This document shows positions 16,645 to 27,237 of a stretch of DNA of 56,254 nt, piece after piece. The translations under genes and the position numbers were made by a program. The notes below the pieces were generated by a model, which did no database searches, was not told where the DNA came from, and saw only the letters and a program-made list of their open reading frames with translations. Where the stretch lies: the NCBI GenBank assembly GCA_018263585.1, contig JAANWZ010000044.1, positions 702 through 56,955 of the forward strand, written 5' to 3'. The first letter of the stretch is position 1. Each line of letters starts with the position of its first letter. This DNA comes from Calditrichota bacterium. GTDB lineage: Bacteria; Electryoneota; Electryoneia; Electryoneales; Electryoneaceae.

Positions 16645-18120
16645 ATGACCTCGCCCCCGACCGCGCTCTCGATCCTGACGAGCCTCCAGGCGTCGCCGGA
16701 AGCCGTCGTGCGCTCGCTGATGTCGCTGCGCCGCACGGACGTGCCGATCCTCTACCTGCACGGCGCCGGCGACGAGCCGCCGCGCGGGCCGGATGTGACC
16801 GCGGTCGAAACCGAGGCGACCACGCTCGGCGGGATGATCGAACTCGCCCGTCACGCCGAACCCGCCGGCCTCTATATCTGGATCCCGCCGGGCGTGGAGG
16901 TCGATGCCGATGGGCTCGCGCCGTTTCTCGACACACACCGCGCCGACCCCGACGCGTCGCTGATCGTATCCGACTACCGCACGGACGGCCGCACCGTCGC
17001 GATCCATCCGTTGACCGACGATCTCACCGAGCGCGAGGATTTCGGCGCGGTGTGGGCGATTCCGGGCCGGTTCCTCGAGCGGATCGGCGGCGCAGACCCG
17101 TCGCTCCGCTTCGCCACCTTCTACGACCTGCGGCTGAAGCTGATGGAACACGGGCATCTCGCCCGCATCGACCGTCCGACGCACACCGTGCAGCCTGTGC
17201 AACGCGACGAGACCGCCCGCGCCGACCTGCTCTTCTACCCCGGCGGCGGAGCGTACGGCGGGTTCAGCTACCTGTTCCTCGACGAGGCGGAAGAGCGGGA
17301 GATCGAGCAGGTGTTCGAACGCTGCCTGAAACGGCGCGGCGCGTTCCTCGAACCGCGTGGAAACGACGCGCCCCGCTCCCCGCTCGCCGGCGGCGACCCG
17401 ATCGCGACCGTAGTCATCCCCGTGCACAACCGCGCCCGCCTGCTCCCGCGTGCGCTCGACTCCGTGCTCGCGAACACACTCAGCGAGTTCGAGGTGATCG
17501 TCGTCGATAACGCGTCCCGGGACGAGAGTCGCGCGGTCGCGGAAGCGTACGCGGAGAAGGACCCGCGCATTCGCGTGCTCGCGAGCGATGTGAACCTGAT
17601 CGCGCGCGCGTTGAACATGGGCGTGCGCGCGGCGCGGGGCCGGTACATCGCGCAGCTCGACAGCGACGACGAGTACGTGCCGCACACGCTGCGCGCGATC
17701 GTAGATCACCTCGAGGCGAACCCGCCGTGCGCGCTCGCGATCAGCTACTACGAATTGATGGACGAAGCCGGGCGCACGCTCGACGAGTTCGGCGTGATCA
17801 AGCACCTCGAGTACAATCTGAACAACATCCTCCGCGTCGATGGCGCCGGCGCGCTCCGCTGCTGGAGCCGGGCCGTAATCGAGGAAATGGGCGGGTTCAA
17901 CGAAACCGACTTTCCCAACTACGGCGAAGACTACGATCTCGTGCTCAGAGTCTCCGAGAAGTACCGCGTGGATCGTGTGCAGAAGGTCCTCTATCGCTAC
18001 CGCCGCCATCCCGGCAATACGGACGCGCTGCGTGAACCGTACGACAAGATCCGGGCGAAGACGTTCGCCCGCACGCGCGCAATCGCACGTCGCCGGAAAC
18101 TGAACAGCGTCGCGGTTTGA
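16645..18120 (+). CDS. Glycosyltransferase family 2 protein (degenerate N-terminal domain plus C-terminal GT2 domain)
   Basis: VVIPVHNR, VVDNASRD, ARGRYIAQLDSDD (DxD) and GEDYDL. Confidence 0.9.
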   Translation: MTSPPTALSILTSLQASPEAVVRSLMSLRRTDVPILYLHGAGDEPPRGPDVTAVETEATTLGGMIELARHAEPAGLYIWIPPGVEVDADGLAPFLDTHRADPDASLIVSDYRTDGRTVAIHPLTDDLTEREDFGAVWAIPGRFLERIGGADPSLRFATFYDLRLKLMEHGHLARIDRPTHTVQPVQRDETARADLLFYPGGGAYGGFSYLFLDEAEEREIEQVFERCLKRRGAFLEPRGNDAPRSPLAGGDPIATVVIPVHNRARLLPRALDSVLANTLSEFEVIVVDNASRDESRAVAEAYAEKDPRIRVLASDVNLIARALNMGVRAARGRYIAQLDSDDEYVPHTLRAIVDHLEANPPCALAISYYELMDEAGRTLDEFGVIKHLEYNLNNILRVDGAGALRCWSRAVIEEMGGFNETDFPNYGEDYDLVLRVSEKYRVDRVQKVLYRYRRHPGNTDALREPYDKIRAKTFARTRAIARRRKLNSVAV

Positions 18121-19088
18121 TGGCCCGCCCCGCGTACATCCTCGGGGTCGATGCCGGCGCGACCCGGTCACGGTTTCTGCTCGCGAGGTTTGACAGCGAA
18201 GAGGTCGGCCGCGAGCAGGGCCCGGCGTTCAACCTGCGCCAGTCCGCGCCCCGGGAGTTGCGCGCGCTCGTCGATCGCTACGCCCGCGAACTGCTCGCCG
18301 CGGCCGAAGTTGACAGCATCAACCTGCGCGCGATCGCGATCGGCGCCGCCGGCGCCGGCACAACAGGCGAGCGCGATCAGATCCGCGAGCTCGTCCAGTC
18401 ACGCTATCCCCATTCGCACGTGTACGTGCACCACGACGCGTTCATCGCGCATCACGGCGCGCTCGGCGGCGGGACGGGCGTGATCGTGATCGCCGGCACC
18501 GGCTCGATCGCGTACGGGCGCAGCGACGACGGCCGCGAAGCGCGCGCCGGCGGCTGGGGCTGGCTGCTCGGCGACGAGGGCGGCGGCTGGTGGATCGGAC
18601 GCGAACTGATCCGCGCGGCGCTCGCTGCATGGGAAGGCTCCGGGCCGGACACCTCGCTTGCCGAATTGCTGTGCGACAGGTTCGATTTGGACGACGCGTA
18701 CGCGGTCATCCCGCGCCTCTACGGCGGCGAGCTGGAACGAAGACAGTTCACCGCGCTCGCGCAGCCCGCGGCCGAACACGCCCGCGCCGGCGACGAGGTC
18801 GCGGTCACGCTGTTCACGAGAGCGGGCCGTGAACTCGGCGCGCTCGCCGTCCGCGCCGCGCGCAAACTCGAGATCCCGCCCGGCGCGTTGACCGTCGCGA
18901 TGCTCGGCGGAGTCGCGGAAGGCGCCGCCGACCTGCTCGAGCCGGGCGTGCGCGAGGCGCTGGACGAGTTCGCGCTGCGTGACCCCGGCCCGGAAACGCG
19001 ACCCCGGCTCGTGCAACCCGAGGCGGACGCCGTCACCGGCGCGGTGAACTGGGCGCGCGACCGTTTGCTCAAGCGGTCGTTCGCGTGA
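18120..19088 (+). CDS. BadF/BadG/BcrA/BcrD-type ATPase, probable N-acetylglucosamine kinase
   Basis: GVDAGATRS, IAGTGSIAYG, RAGGWGWLLGDEGGG. TGATG coupling with the GT2 gene. Confidence 0.88.
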   Translation: MARPAYILGVDAGATRSRFLLARFDSEEVGREQGPAFNLRQSAPRELRALVDRYARELLAAAEVDSINLRAIAIGAAGAGTTGERDQIRELVQSRYPHSHVYVHHDAFIAHHGALGGGTGVIVIAGTGSIAYGRSDDGREARAGGWGWLLGDEGGGWWIGRELIRAALAAWEGSGPDTSLAELLCDRFDLDDAYAVIPRLYGGELERRQFTALAQPAAEHARAGDEVAVTLFTRAGRELGALAVRAARKLEIPPGALTVAMLGGVAEGAADLLEPGVREALDEFALRDPGPETRPRLVQPEADAVTGAVNWARDRLLKRSFA

Positions 19089-19094
19089 GCTTCC

Positions 19095-19375
19095 AGCTCG
19101 TGCCCGCGTTTGCTTGCAATCGCGGACCTGATCTCGTGCCCGCGTTTGCTTGCAAAACGCGGCTCGGAGACGTGCCCCTGTGACAGGCCGGCGAAGCCGG
19201 GATGTCGCAGGGCTCATCGACCGGAGGATCAGCCGCGCGGGCAAGCCCGCACGGGCAGGACGGGTTGTTTGTACATCACCGGTTGATCAGCCGCTGTGAC
19301 GGCCTGCGGCCCGTCCCCGCGGGCATGAGGCGGCCACGCAAGGCCCGGTCCCGCACTTGCAAGCAAGCGCGCAGG
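19095..19375. repeat. Mosaic REP cluster (H x2 tandem, E, GCTTGC hairpin, D, H-like)
   Basis: ctcgtgcccgcgtttgcttgcaa at 19097 and 19133; gtgcccctgtgacag...gatgtcgcaggg; atcagccgctgtgacgg...ccccgcgggcatg. Confidence 0.8.
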
Positions 19376-19431
19376 CTGTTGACAAAGTGCGGGTGGGCCG
19401 GCAGCGACCAATCCGAGACGGAACACACGCT

Positions 19432-20589
19432 ATGAAACTCGCGAACAGAATCCAGCACATCCCACCGTACCTGTTCGCCGGTCTCGAACGGAAGGCCGCG
19501 GATTTGCGCGCGCGCGGCGTCGATCTGATCGACCTCGGGATCGCCGACCCCGACCTGCCGCCGGTGACCGCGTTGAAGCGTGCGGTCGCGCGTCATCTCG
19601 ACGACCCGGACGCGCACCGCTACCCGACGAGCCGCGGCGATCCGGAGGTGAGGGACGCGATCGCGCGCTGGTTTCACGGCCGGTTCGATGTATCGCTCGA
19701 CCCGGAGACCGAGATCTGCGTCACGATCGGCGCGAAGGAGGGACTCGCGAATCTCGCGCGCGCGTTCGCAGAACCGGGCACGGTCGTCGCGGCCACCGAA
19801 CCGGGCTATCCGGTCTATGCGAACGCGGGCGCGATCCTCAACGGCGCGGAGTTTCGTCCGCTCCCGCTCACCCCGGCGCGCGAGTTCCTCCCCGACCTCG
19901 AGCGGGCCGCCGGCGCACGCCTGCTCTACCTCAACTTTCCGAACAACCCGACCGGTGCGGTTGCGCCGGAGCCGTTCTACGAGGACGTCGCCGTGTTCGC
20001 GGACGCGCACCCGGACACGCTCGTCGTGATGGATGCGGCGTACGCGGAGCTCAGTTTCGCCCCGCCCCGGCCGCCGTCCGCCCTGCGCTTCACCCGCCGC
20101 GCGCTCGAGTTCCACAGCCTCTCGAAGATGATGAACGTGACCGGCTACCGGATCGGGTTCGCCGCCGGCAACGCGGATGCGATCGCCGCGCTCGTGAACG
20201 TGAAAACCCAGCTGGACAGCGGCGCGCCGGTGTTCATCCAGCGCGCGATGGCGGACGCGCTCGCGCTCTACGACGGCCCGGAACCGCCGGAGCAGGCGCG
20301 GCGTTCGCACCTCGAATACGGGCGCCGCAAGCGGGCGCTCGAAGACGGGCTCGTGCACGCGCCCGGTGTGCGCGACGTCTATCCGAGTCCGGCGACGTTT
20401 TTCGTGTGGGCGAGCGTGGACGACGACGTCGGGTTTGTCGAACGGGCGCTGGAGCGGGGTGTGATCCTCACGCCGGGGCGCGGGTTCGGGGAAACGGGCG
20501 CGGGGTTCGTGCGCGCGGCCGTGACCACATCCCGCGAACGGATCGAACGCGCGCTCGCACGGCTCGCCGGCGGCCCGGGTGGCGGATGA
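19432..20589 (+). CDS. PLP-dependent class I/II aminotransferase (LL-diaminopimelate aminotransferase-like)
   Basis: IPPYLFA, DLGIADPD, GAKEG, NFPNNPTG, DAAYAEL, EFHSLSK..NVTGYRIGFA. Confidence 0.88.
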   Translation: MKLANRIQHIPPYLFAGLERKAADLRARGVDLIDLGIADPDLPPVTALKRAVARHLDDPDAHRYPTSRGDPEVRDAIARWFHGRFDVSLDPETEICVTIGAKEGLANLARAFAEPGTVVAATEPGYPVYANAGAILNGAEFRPLPLTPAREFLPDLERAAGARLLYLNFPNNPTGAVAPEPFYEDVAVFADAHPDTLVVMDAAYAELSFAPPRPPSALRFTRRALEFHSLSKMMNVTGYRIGFAAGNADAIAALVNVKTQLDSGAPVFIQRAMADALALYDGPEPPEQARRSHLEYGRRKRALEDGLVHAPGVRDVYPSPATFFVWASVDDDVGFVERALERGVILTPGRGFGETGAGFVRAAVTTSRERIERALARLAGGPGGG

Positions 20590-20696
20590 GCCAATCGGTG
20601 ATTGCGAGCGGGTCGGATCCGCGGTGACGCCGTTCGGGACGTCCCCGCGGGCATGTGTCGGGGTGTGCCTGCAACCCGTGGGACGGATGGAACCAC

Positions 20697-21015
20697 GGGG
20701 ACGCTTGCTCGCATCCGGTTATCCCTTTGGCTCAACCGGGAGCAATATCGCGGGAGGCAAGCGTGTCATTCTGACCGAAGCCCGACGTCCGTTTGTCGGG
20801 CGAAAGGAAGAAGGTCCAGGTCCGATAAGAGTGAAGGATACCGTGAAACTCGAGATATGACCCTTGGATAACTTGGACCTTCTTCACCCGCCTTCACGCG
20901 GACAGACGCGTGGAGCCGGGTTCAGGATGACGCCTCTGCCGCCCGGATGTGCTTCAGAGTCCAGTCCAGGCACATGGCTGCGCGAATGGCATAACCGGAT
21001 GCTCGCAAGCGTCCC
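20697..21015 (+). mobile_element. 292-bp element, copy 2, inside palindromic target (core TC duplicated)
   Basis: GGGGACGCTTGC-TC-[GCATCCGGTTAT...ATAACCGGATGC, 20711-21002]-TC-GCAAGCGTCCC. Confidence 0.9.
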
Positions 21016-21033
21016 GCAAGCCCCAACCTCCTG

Positions 21034-21444
21034 TCATCCGGTCGAATCCCGCCCGCGGTCACTCCGCTCGACGCCGGAGCGTGTTCCCAACCGCCGCGGC
21101 GTGCGGTCATCGAGCGCGAACACCCCGATCACCGCGAGCAGGAACAGGATCGTGCTCGCGGTCAGCATCTTCCGCACGTCGACGTACGGGAGCCGGCGCT
21201 GCTCGTCGGTGAACTCCGTGCCACGATCGTACTCGCCCATCGCGAGCGGGACGATTCTGATCGGCACGTGTTCCACCGCGACCGAATCAGTTACGAGCGA
21301 GTCCGGGAGCGAATCGGGCGGCGCGAACACCGTGTGGAAGCCGGCGAAGCCGCCATCCAGGTAGCGCCACGGAGGGGTGAGCGCGAGCAGTGCGAACAGG
21401 GCGAGTGTCGCGACGATCACGATCACCTGCTTGCGGTTGAACAT
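21034..21444 (-). CDS. Hypothetical membrane protein (two hydrophobic segments)
   Basis: N-terminal TM followed by TPPW and a C-terminal TM. GGAG RBS upstream. Confidence 0.7.
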   Translation of the reverse strand: MFNRKQVIVIVATLALFALLALTPPWRYLDGGFAGFHTVFAPPDSLPDSLVTDSVAVEHVPIRIVPLAMGEYDRGTEFTDEQRRLPYVDVRKMLTASTILFLLAVIGVFALDDRTPRRLGTRSGVERSDRGRDSTG

Positions 21445-21509
21445 GGCCGTTGTCTCCCCCGGGGACGCAAACGCGCGGGCAAGCTACGAAGAAGCGGGCG
21501 CATTCACCA

Positions 21510-21710
21510 GCGTGCCCGCGCTTGCTCGCCAGGCGCGACCCACTTCCTCGTGCCCGCGCTTGCTCGCCAAGCGCGGAACGAGACCGCGAGAGCAAGCCCG
21601 CACCGTCTGATCAGCCGCGGTGACGGCTGCGCCGTCCCCGCGGGCATATTCCGGGAGGGATGGCCCGGGACTTCGAGGGTGGCCAGCGGCTTCAGCCTCG
21701 GGTCTCGTGT
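21510..21710. repeat. Mosaic REP cluster (H x2, GCTTGC hairpin, D, C)
   Basis: cgtgcccgcgcttgctcgcca x2; gagcaagcccgcac; atcagccgcggtgacgg..ccccgcgggcat; ggcttcagcctcgggtctc. Confidence 0.8.
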
Positions 21711-21764
21711 CGCCGCGAGTAGGAAGGTGGACGGTCCGCAGCCTGCGGACTAACAGCCGCCCGC

Positions 21765-21971
21765 TCACGTGAACCCGGTGCGCGGCGGCGGGGGCGGCGC
21801 GGATGAGAGGCCGCTCCGGGAAGAGGATCCGTTCCACGCGACGCCCGCGCCTATCTGGCGCTGCGCGGTTTCGCCGCATGCGGGGCACTGCTTCGGGCTG
21901 TCGTCGCTGATCGAGTGGAACAGGTCGAATCGGCGCCCGCATTTCGGGCACACGTAGGAGTAGGTCGGCAT
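21765..21971 (-). CDS. FmdB-family zinc-ribbon protein
   Basis: MPTYSYVCPKCG..F...CPACG signature. Confidence 0.85.
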   Translation of the reverse strand: MPTYSYVCPKCGRRFDLFHSISDDSPKQCPACGETAQRQIGAGVAWNGSSSRSGLSSAPPPPPRTGFT

Positions 21972-22278
21972 CGTCGTTGACTCGTCGCCCTGTTGGTTCG
22001 ATCCGGCCCCGTGCCGGTGCGCTCTCATCTCCTGCGATGCGCGAGCGCGCGGATCGGTGCGCGCGCACTGCGCGCGCTGTCTCTCGTGTCTCTCGCAAGC
22101 ATCCGGGGGTGTCGCTCGGACGGGCGACGGTGAGCGCGTACCGGTTCGCGGAGCGTGAACGCCGCCGGTCCTCCCGTGTCCGTTGTTTCATGGTGGGTTG
22201 GGTTCTACTTTCACGGTTGCGATCATGTGCGCCGGCCCGGCCGCCGGCGCGGGTGTTTCTTCCAACGCGGGGAGTTGA

Positions 22279-25200
22279 GTGCACCTTAGCGGTCTCGAAA
22301 TCCACGGGTTCAAGTCCTTCCCTGACAAGACGAAGCTGACGTTCTCTCCCGGAGTGATGGCGATTGTCGGGCCGAACGGCTGCGGCAAGACGAACATCGT
22401 CGACGCCGTGCGCTGGGTGCTCGGCGAGCAGCGCGCGAGCGTGCTCCGCAGCGAGAAGATGGAGCATGTGATCTTCTCCGGCTCGCTGCGCGAGAAGCCG
22501 GCCGCGCGCGCGGATGTGACGATCATCCTCGAGAACGACAACGGCGTGCTCCCGGCCGAATACGGCGAACTCGCGATCACGCGCCGGCTCACCCGTGACG
22601 GCGACTCCGAGTACCTGATCAACCGCCGCCCGAGCCGGCTCAAGGACATCCGCAACCTGTTCGCGGACACCGGCCTCGGCCCGGAGAGTTACAGCATCAT
22701 CGAATTGAAGATGGTGGAGACGATCCTCTCCGCGCGCACCGAGGAGCGCCGCCGTCTGTTCGAGGAAGCGGCGGGGGTGACCGGGTACAAGGCGCGACTA
22801 AGGGTGACACGCCAGCGTCTCGCCGACACGCGCTCCGACCTCGTCCGTCTCGCCGACCTGCTCGGGGAGGTGACAACCCGCCGCAACTCGTTGCGCCGCC
22901 AGGTAAACAAGGCGCGCCGATTCCGGCACCTGAACGAGGCGCTGCGCGTGCTCGACATCGGCGCCGCGGCGCGTGAGCTGGGCGAGCTGCGTGCGAAGAT
23001 CGCGCCGCTCGACGAAGCGGTCGAACGTGACCGCGAACGCCGGGAAACGCTCGCCCGTGACCTCGCGAAAGAGGAGGCCGCGCTGCACAAGCTGCGCGGG
23101 CGGCTCGGCGCGCTCGAAGAGGCCGTGGAGACACTTGCCACGGAGAAACAGCAGGCGGACGAGCGGCTCGTCGCCGCCCGCCGTGAGATCGACGTGCTCG
23201 AGGAGAGAATCCGTTCCACCGGCAGGCGCGGCGAAGAACGCGACCGCGAGGAACAGGAGCTGACCGGGAAGATCGCGGAAGTGGAGGACCACCTCCGGGA
23301 GCTCGCGGAAAGCGAGGAACGCGCCGGCGACCGGGACAGCGAGATCCGCGAGCGGCTGGAAGGGATGCGCGAGTCGTGGGACGACCTCCAGGCGCGCCTG
23401 CACTCCCACACGCAGCGCCGTGACAACGCCGAGCGCGAGAAGGTGAAGGCCGAGCGCGCGCAGGCGCAGTTGGACAGCTCGCTCGCGCGCGCGAACGAGC
23501 GGCTCGCGTCGATCGAAGCGGAGCTCGCGGACGGCGACCGCCGCGACCGGCTCCCACCGGCCCCGGATTCACCGGACGGCGCGCGCGATGCGGTCGCCAC
23601 CCTGCGCGCCGCTGTCGAACAGGCGGACGAGACGGCCCGCGAGGCGCGCGCCGCGGAGGAGAGCGCACGCGACGAGCACAACGAGGTCGAACGGAACGCC
23701 GTCGGCCTCGGCCGTGACCTGAACAGCGCACGCGAACGCGTCGAGTTCCTCGAACGGATCGTGCGTTCGGGCAGGGGCCGGTCGGAGGCGGTGCAGTCAG
23801 TGCTCACCGCCGGGATCGAGGCGGTTCACGGTCGGCTCGGCGACGCGGTCGTCGTCAGCGATGACGCGGCCCGGACCGCCGTCGCCGCCGCGCTCGAGCA
23901 TCTGACCGATGCGATCGTGCTCGAGACCGAAGGTGTCGAACAGGCGGTGAAGCTGCTCGAGGGAGATGACACGGGGCGCGCGACGCTGCTTCCGTTCACC
24001 CGGCGCGCGCCGGAGTCGCAGCCACCGTTCGCAAATGAGACAGGAGTGCTCGCCCGGCTTTCGGAGATGATCTCCGCGAAGGGACAAGCGGGCGAGGCCG
24101 CGCGCGCGTTTCTCGCCCGTTACCGGCTCGTCGAGGATCTGCCGGCGCTGCTCGCACACGCGCCGGCGGCGATCGAGGCGCACTGCGGGATCGTCACCCG
24201 CGACGGCTGTGTTCTCCACCCCGACGGCTCGCTGTCCGCGGGGCGCGCGAAGGTCGATGACCTCGGCGCGGGCGGACTGCTCGAGGATGCGGTCCGGCTG
24301 CGTGACGACCTCGCCCGCGCGCACGAGGCGGTCGAAAAGGAGCGCGCCGCGACGGCTGATTCGCTGAAACAGGCGGTGCAGGCGCGCGAGCGCGCAGAGG
24401 AACGCCGCAACGAACTGGCCCGCCAGTTGCGCCGGGCGGATGAAAAGCTGCTCATCGTGGAACAGGAATGGCGTGATTACCTCGCGGTGAAACGTCGCCG
24501 CGAGGAAGAGCGCGAGCGTCTCGCCGGCGAACGCGACCAGCTGAAGGCGGAGATCGAGCGGAACGAGCGCGAACTGGCGGACGCGGCGAAGGCGCTGAAA
24601 CGCGCGGACGAGCAGTACGGCGAGATCCGCGAACAGGGCGCCGACCTCCGCCGCGAGAGCGAAGCGATGCGCAGCGCCCGCGACCAGGTTCGCGAGAAGC
24701 AGGTCGAGGTTTCGTCCGCGCTCGAACGGGTGCGCGGGGAAATCGGCCGCCGGCGGGCGTTGAAACAGGAATACGAGCACCGTCTCGCGCAACTGCGCGG
24801 CGAACGTGACCGCGCCGGGGAAGCGCTCGAGGATGCGTCCGCGCGACTGCGCCACGTTCGCGGAGAACTGGCGGTGCACGAGAAGGAGGCGGCCGCGCAG
24901 GGCGAGGCGCTCGCGAACAAACGCGCCGGGTACGAGAAGCTGCAGCGTGAGCGCGGTGAACGCGAAGGTGAACTGGGACAGTGGCGGGAGGAACTGACCA
25001 GACTCGCCGACCGTGTTCATACAAAGGAGATGGAGCGCAAAGATCTCGTGCACCGGATGAGCTCGGTGCGCGAGCGCATCCTCGACTCGTACGAGATCGA
25101 CGTGCTCGAAACGAGCCAGGAGGAGCTGCCGCTCGCGGTCGAGGACGACAACCCGTACATCGGGCGCCCGCTCGGCGAGTTGCGCGAAATCGTGCGCGAG

Positions 25201-25818
25201 TTCGGGCCGGTGAACCAGATGGCGCTCGAAGAGTTCGAGGTCGTTGACCGGCGCTGGAAGCAGCTCAGCGAGCAGCACGAGGATCTCGAACGCGCGGTCG
25301 AGACGCTCGAGGACACGATCCGCGAGATCAACGGCATCGCGCGCAAGCGGTTTCTCGAGACGTTCAGCCGCGTCGAAGGGCACTTCGTCGGCCTGTTCAG
25401 CCGCCTGTTCGGCGGTGGCGAGGCGGCGCTTTCACTCGCGGAAGGTGACCCGCTCGAGGCGGGGATCCACATCTACGCGAGTCCGCGCGGCAAAAAGCTC
25501 TCGAGCATCGACCTGCTCTCCGGCGGGGAGAAGGCGATGACCGCGATCGCGCTCCTGTTCGCGCTCTACCTCGAGCGCCCGTCGCCGTTCTGTTTCCTGG
25601 ACGAGGTGGACGCTCCGCTCGATGATGTGAACGTGATTCGATTCAACCGGCTGCTGCGCGAATTCACCGACCGGACGCAGTTTCTCGTCGTCACGCACAA
25701 CAAGCTGACGATGGAGCGCGCCGACCGGCTCTACGGCGTCACGATGGAGGAGGAAGGGATTTCGAAGCTGGTCGCGGTGGAAATCGGCAGCGCCGAGCGA
25801 GAAGGAGTGGAAGCATGA
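22279..25818 (+). CDS. smc: Chromosome segregation protein SMC
   Basis: GFKSF, Walker A GPNGCGKTN, coiled coils with hinge GRATLLP, FGPVN, LSGGEK, Walker B/D-loop FLDEVDAPLD. Confidence 0.97.
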   Translation: MHLSGLEIHGFKSFPDKTKLTFSPGVMAIVGPNGCGKTNIVDAVRWVLGEQRASVLRSEKMEHVIFSGSLREKPAARADVTIILENDNGVLPAEYGELAITRRLTRDGDSEYLINRRPSRLKDIRNLFADTGLGPESYSIIELKMVETILSARTEERRRLFEEAAGVTGYKARLRVTRQRLADTRSDLVRLADLLGEVTTRRNSLRRQVNKARRFRHLNEALRVLDIGAAARELGELRAKIAPLDEAVERDRERRETLARDLAKEEAALHKLRGRLGALEEAVETLATEKQQADERLVAARREIDVLEERIRSTGRRGEERDREEQELTGKIAEVEDHLRELAESEERAGDRDSEIRERLEGMRESWDDLQARLHSHTQRRDNAEREKVKAERAQAQLDSSLARANERLASIEAELADGDRRDRLPPAPDSPDGARDAVATLRAAVEQADETAREARAAEESARDEHNEVERNAVGLGRDLNSARERVEFLERIVRSGRGRSEAVQSVLTAGIEAVHGRLGDAVVVSDDAARTAVAAALEHLTDAIVLETEGVEQAVKLLEGDDTGRATLLPFTRRAPESQPPFANETGVLARLSEMISAKGQAGEAARAFLARYRLVEDLPALLAHAPAAIEAHCGIVTRDGCVLHPDGSLSAGRAKVDDLGAGGLLEDAVRLRDDLARAHEAVEKERAATADSLKQAVQARERAEERRNELARQLRRADEKLLIVEQEWRDYLAVKRRREEERERLAGERDQLKAEIERNERELADAAKALKRADEQYGEIREQGADLRRESEAMRSARDQVREKQVEVSSALERVRGEIGRRRALKQEYEHRLAQLRGERDRAGEALEDASARLRHVRGELAVHEKEAAAQGEALANKRAGYEKLQRERGEREGELGQWREELTRLADRVHTKEMERKDLVHRMSSVRERILDSYEIDVLETSQEELPLAVEDDNPYIGRPLGELREIVREFGPVNQMALEEFEVVDRRWKQLSEQHEDLERAVETLEDTIREINGIARKRFLETFSRVEGHFVGLFSRLFGGGEAALSLAEGDPLEAGIHIYASPRGKKLSSIDLLSGGEKAMTAIALLFALYLERPSPFCFLDEVDAPLDDVNVIRFNRLLREFTDRTQFLVVTHNKLTMERADRLYGVTMEEEGISKLVAVEIGSAEREGVEA

Positions 25819-27230
25819 CTCGGGCGACAGGTCGCAGCATGATCACAGCCGCCGTCCTGCTCATCTTCGCCTGCCTGTTCGCGCCGTCCCCGCGCGCGCG
25901 GGGAATCAGCGGAAACGGGGACTACAAGCGGAGCGAGGTGAAGTTCTTCACCGTGGATCACTCCGTGTTCCGGTACGACGAGCGTCACCTGCAACTGGAG
26001 GCGTACGCGCTCATCGACCGGGAATACCTGGAGACGGAAACGCACGACGGCGGCGTGCGCGCCCGCTACGAGATCACGTTCCAGATCCTCGAGGACGACA
26101 GCCTGCTGATCGGCGACTCGTGGGTGCGCAGCGACTGGTCGCGCGCCGATTCGCTCCGGGTCGCCGGCCAGAAAATCCCCGAACTGGTCCGGTACATGAT
26201 CCGCCCGGGTGAGTATCGAGTCGCGGTCAGGATCGTCGATCTGATCGGAGGCAGCTACTTCATCGAGAACTACCCGATCACGGTCGAGCAGATCGGGTAT
26301 GACGGCATCGCGATCTCGGACATTCTGCTCGCCTCCCGCATCGAGAAAGCCGAGGGTAATGTCGCGGAGTTCGATCACAACGGGCTGCTCGTGCTCCCGA
26401 ACGCGGAACGGATGTTCGGTTCGAACAACCCGCAGGTCTATTACTACGCGGAGATCTACAATCTGACCGAATCCGACACGGCCCACTACCTGGTCGATCG
26501 GGCGATTCTCGATGACCGCGGAGCCGTGATCCGGCGGTTCGAACGGCGCGAACACCCCGTTCCCGCCGCCGACGTCGTCGAAGTCGATGCCTTCTCCGCC
26601 GCGACCCTGCGCACCGGCGCGTACACGCTCCGCATCGCCGTCACCGACGCCGCCAGTGGCGACACCGACGCCGCCGACCGCCGCTTCTGGGTGTTCCGCC
26701 AGGGCGAGGATGTGCAGTACGCGCAGCGCATCGACCCCGGATTCGACGTCGATGCGATCCCGGATTCATCGATCGACCTCGAGCTGCACGCGATCCGCTA
26801 CCTGCTCAGCAACCGGATTCGCAAGGCGACCGGCGAGCTGAAGACGCCGAGTGCGAAACGGGCCTTCCTCTCACGGTTCTGGGCCGCCAATGACCCCGAC
26901 ACGAGCACCGCGATCAACGAGTTCCGCGACGAGTACCTGCGCCGGCTGAAACTGGCGAACGACCGCTACGGCACGCTGCAGCGCGAGGGGTGGAAGACAG
27001 ACCGCGGGCGCGTGCTCCTGATGCACGGCGAGCCCAACTACATCGACGATCACCCGTTCGACCCGACGACCAACGGCGCGTGGCAGGTGTGGGAGTACGA
27101 CCAGGTCGAGGGCGGCGTGATCTTCGTGTTCGTCGATCGCAACAACCTCGGCGAGTACGTGCAGGTCCACTCGACGAAGAAGGGCGAGGTGAACAACCCC
27201 GACTGGCGGCGGATCGAGTTCTCGCGGTGA
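25815..27230 (+). CDS. GWxTD domain-containing exported protein
   Basis: FWAANDP...N...EY..R...AN..Y....EGWKTDRGRV...HGEP, a signal peptide, and an ATGA overlap with smc. Confidence 0.9.
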   Translation: MTRATGRSMITAAVLLIFACLFAPSPRARGISGNGDYKRSEVKFFTVDHSVFRYDERHLQLEAYALIDREYLETETHDGGVRARYEITFQILEDDSLLIGDSWVRSDWSRADSLRVAGQKIPELVRYMIRPGEYRVAVRIVDLIGGSYFIENYPITVEQIGYDGIAISDILLASRIEKAEGNVAEFDHNGLLVLPNAERMFGSNNPQVYYYAEIYNLTESDTAHYLVDRAILDDRGAVIRRFERREHPVPAADVVEVDAFSAATLRTGAYTLRIAVTDAASGDTDAADRRFWVFRQGEDVQYAQRIDPGFDVDAIPDSSIDLELHAIRYLLSNRIRKATGELKTPSAKRAFLSRFWAANDPDTSTAINEFRDEYLRRLKLANDRYGTLQREGWKTDRGRVLLMHGEPNYIDDHPFDPTTNGAWQVWEYDQVEGGVIFVFVDRNNLGEYVQVHSTKKGEVNNPDWRRIEFSR

Positions 27231-27237
27231 TCGGCGG

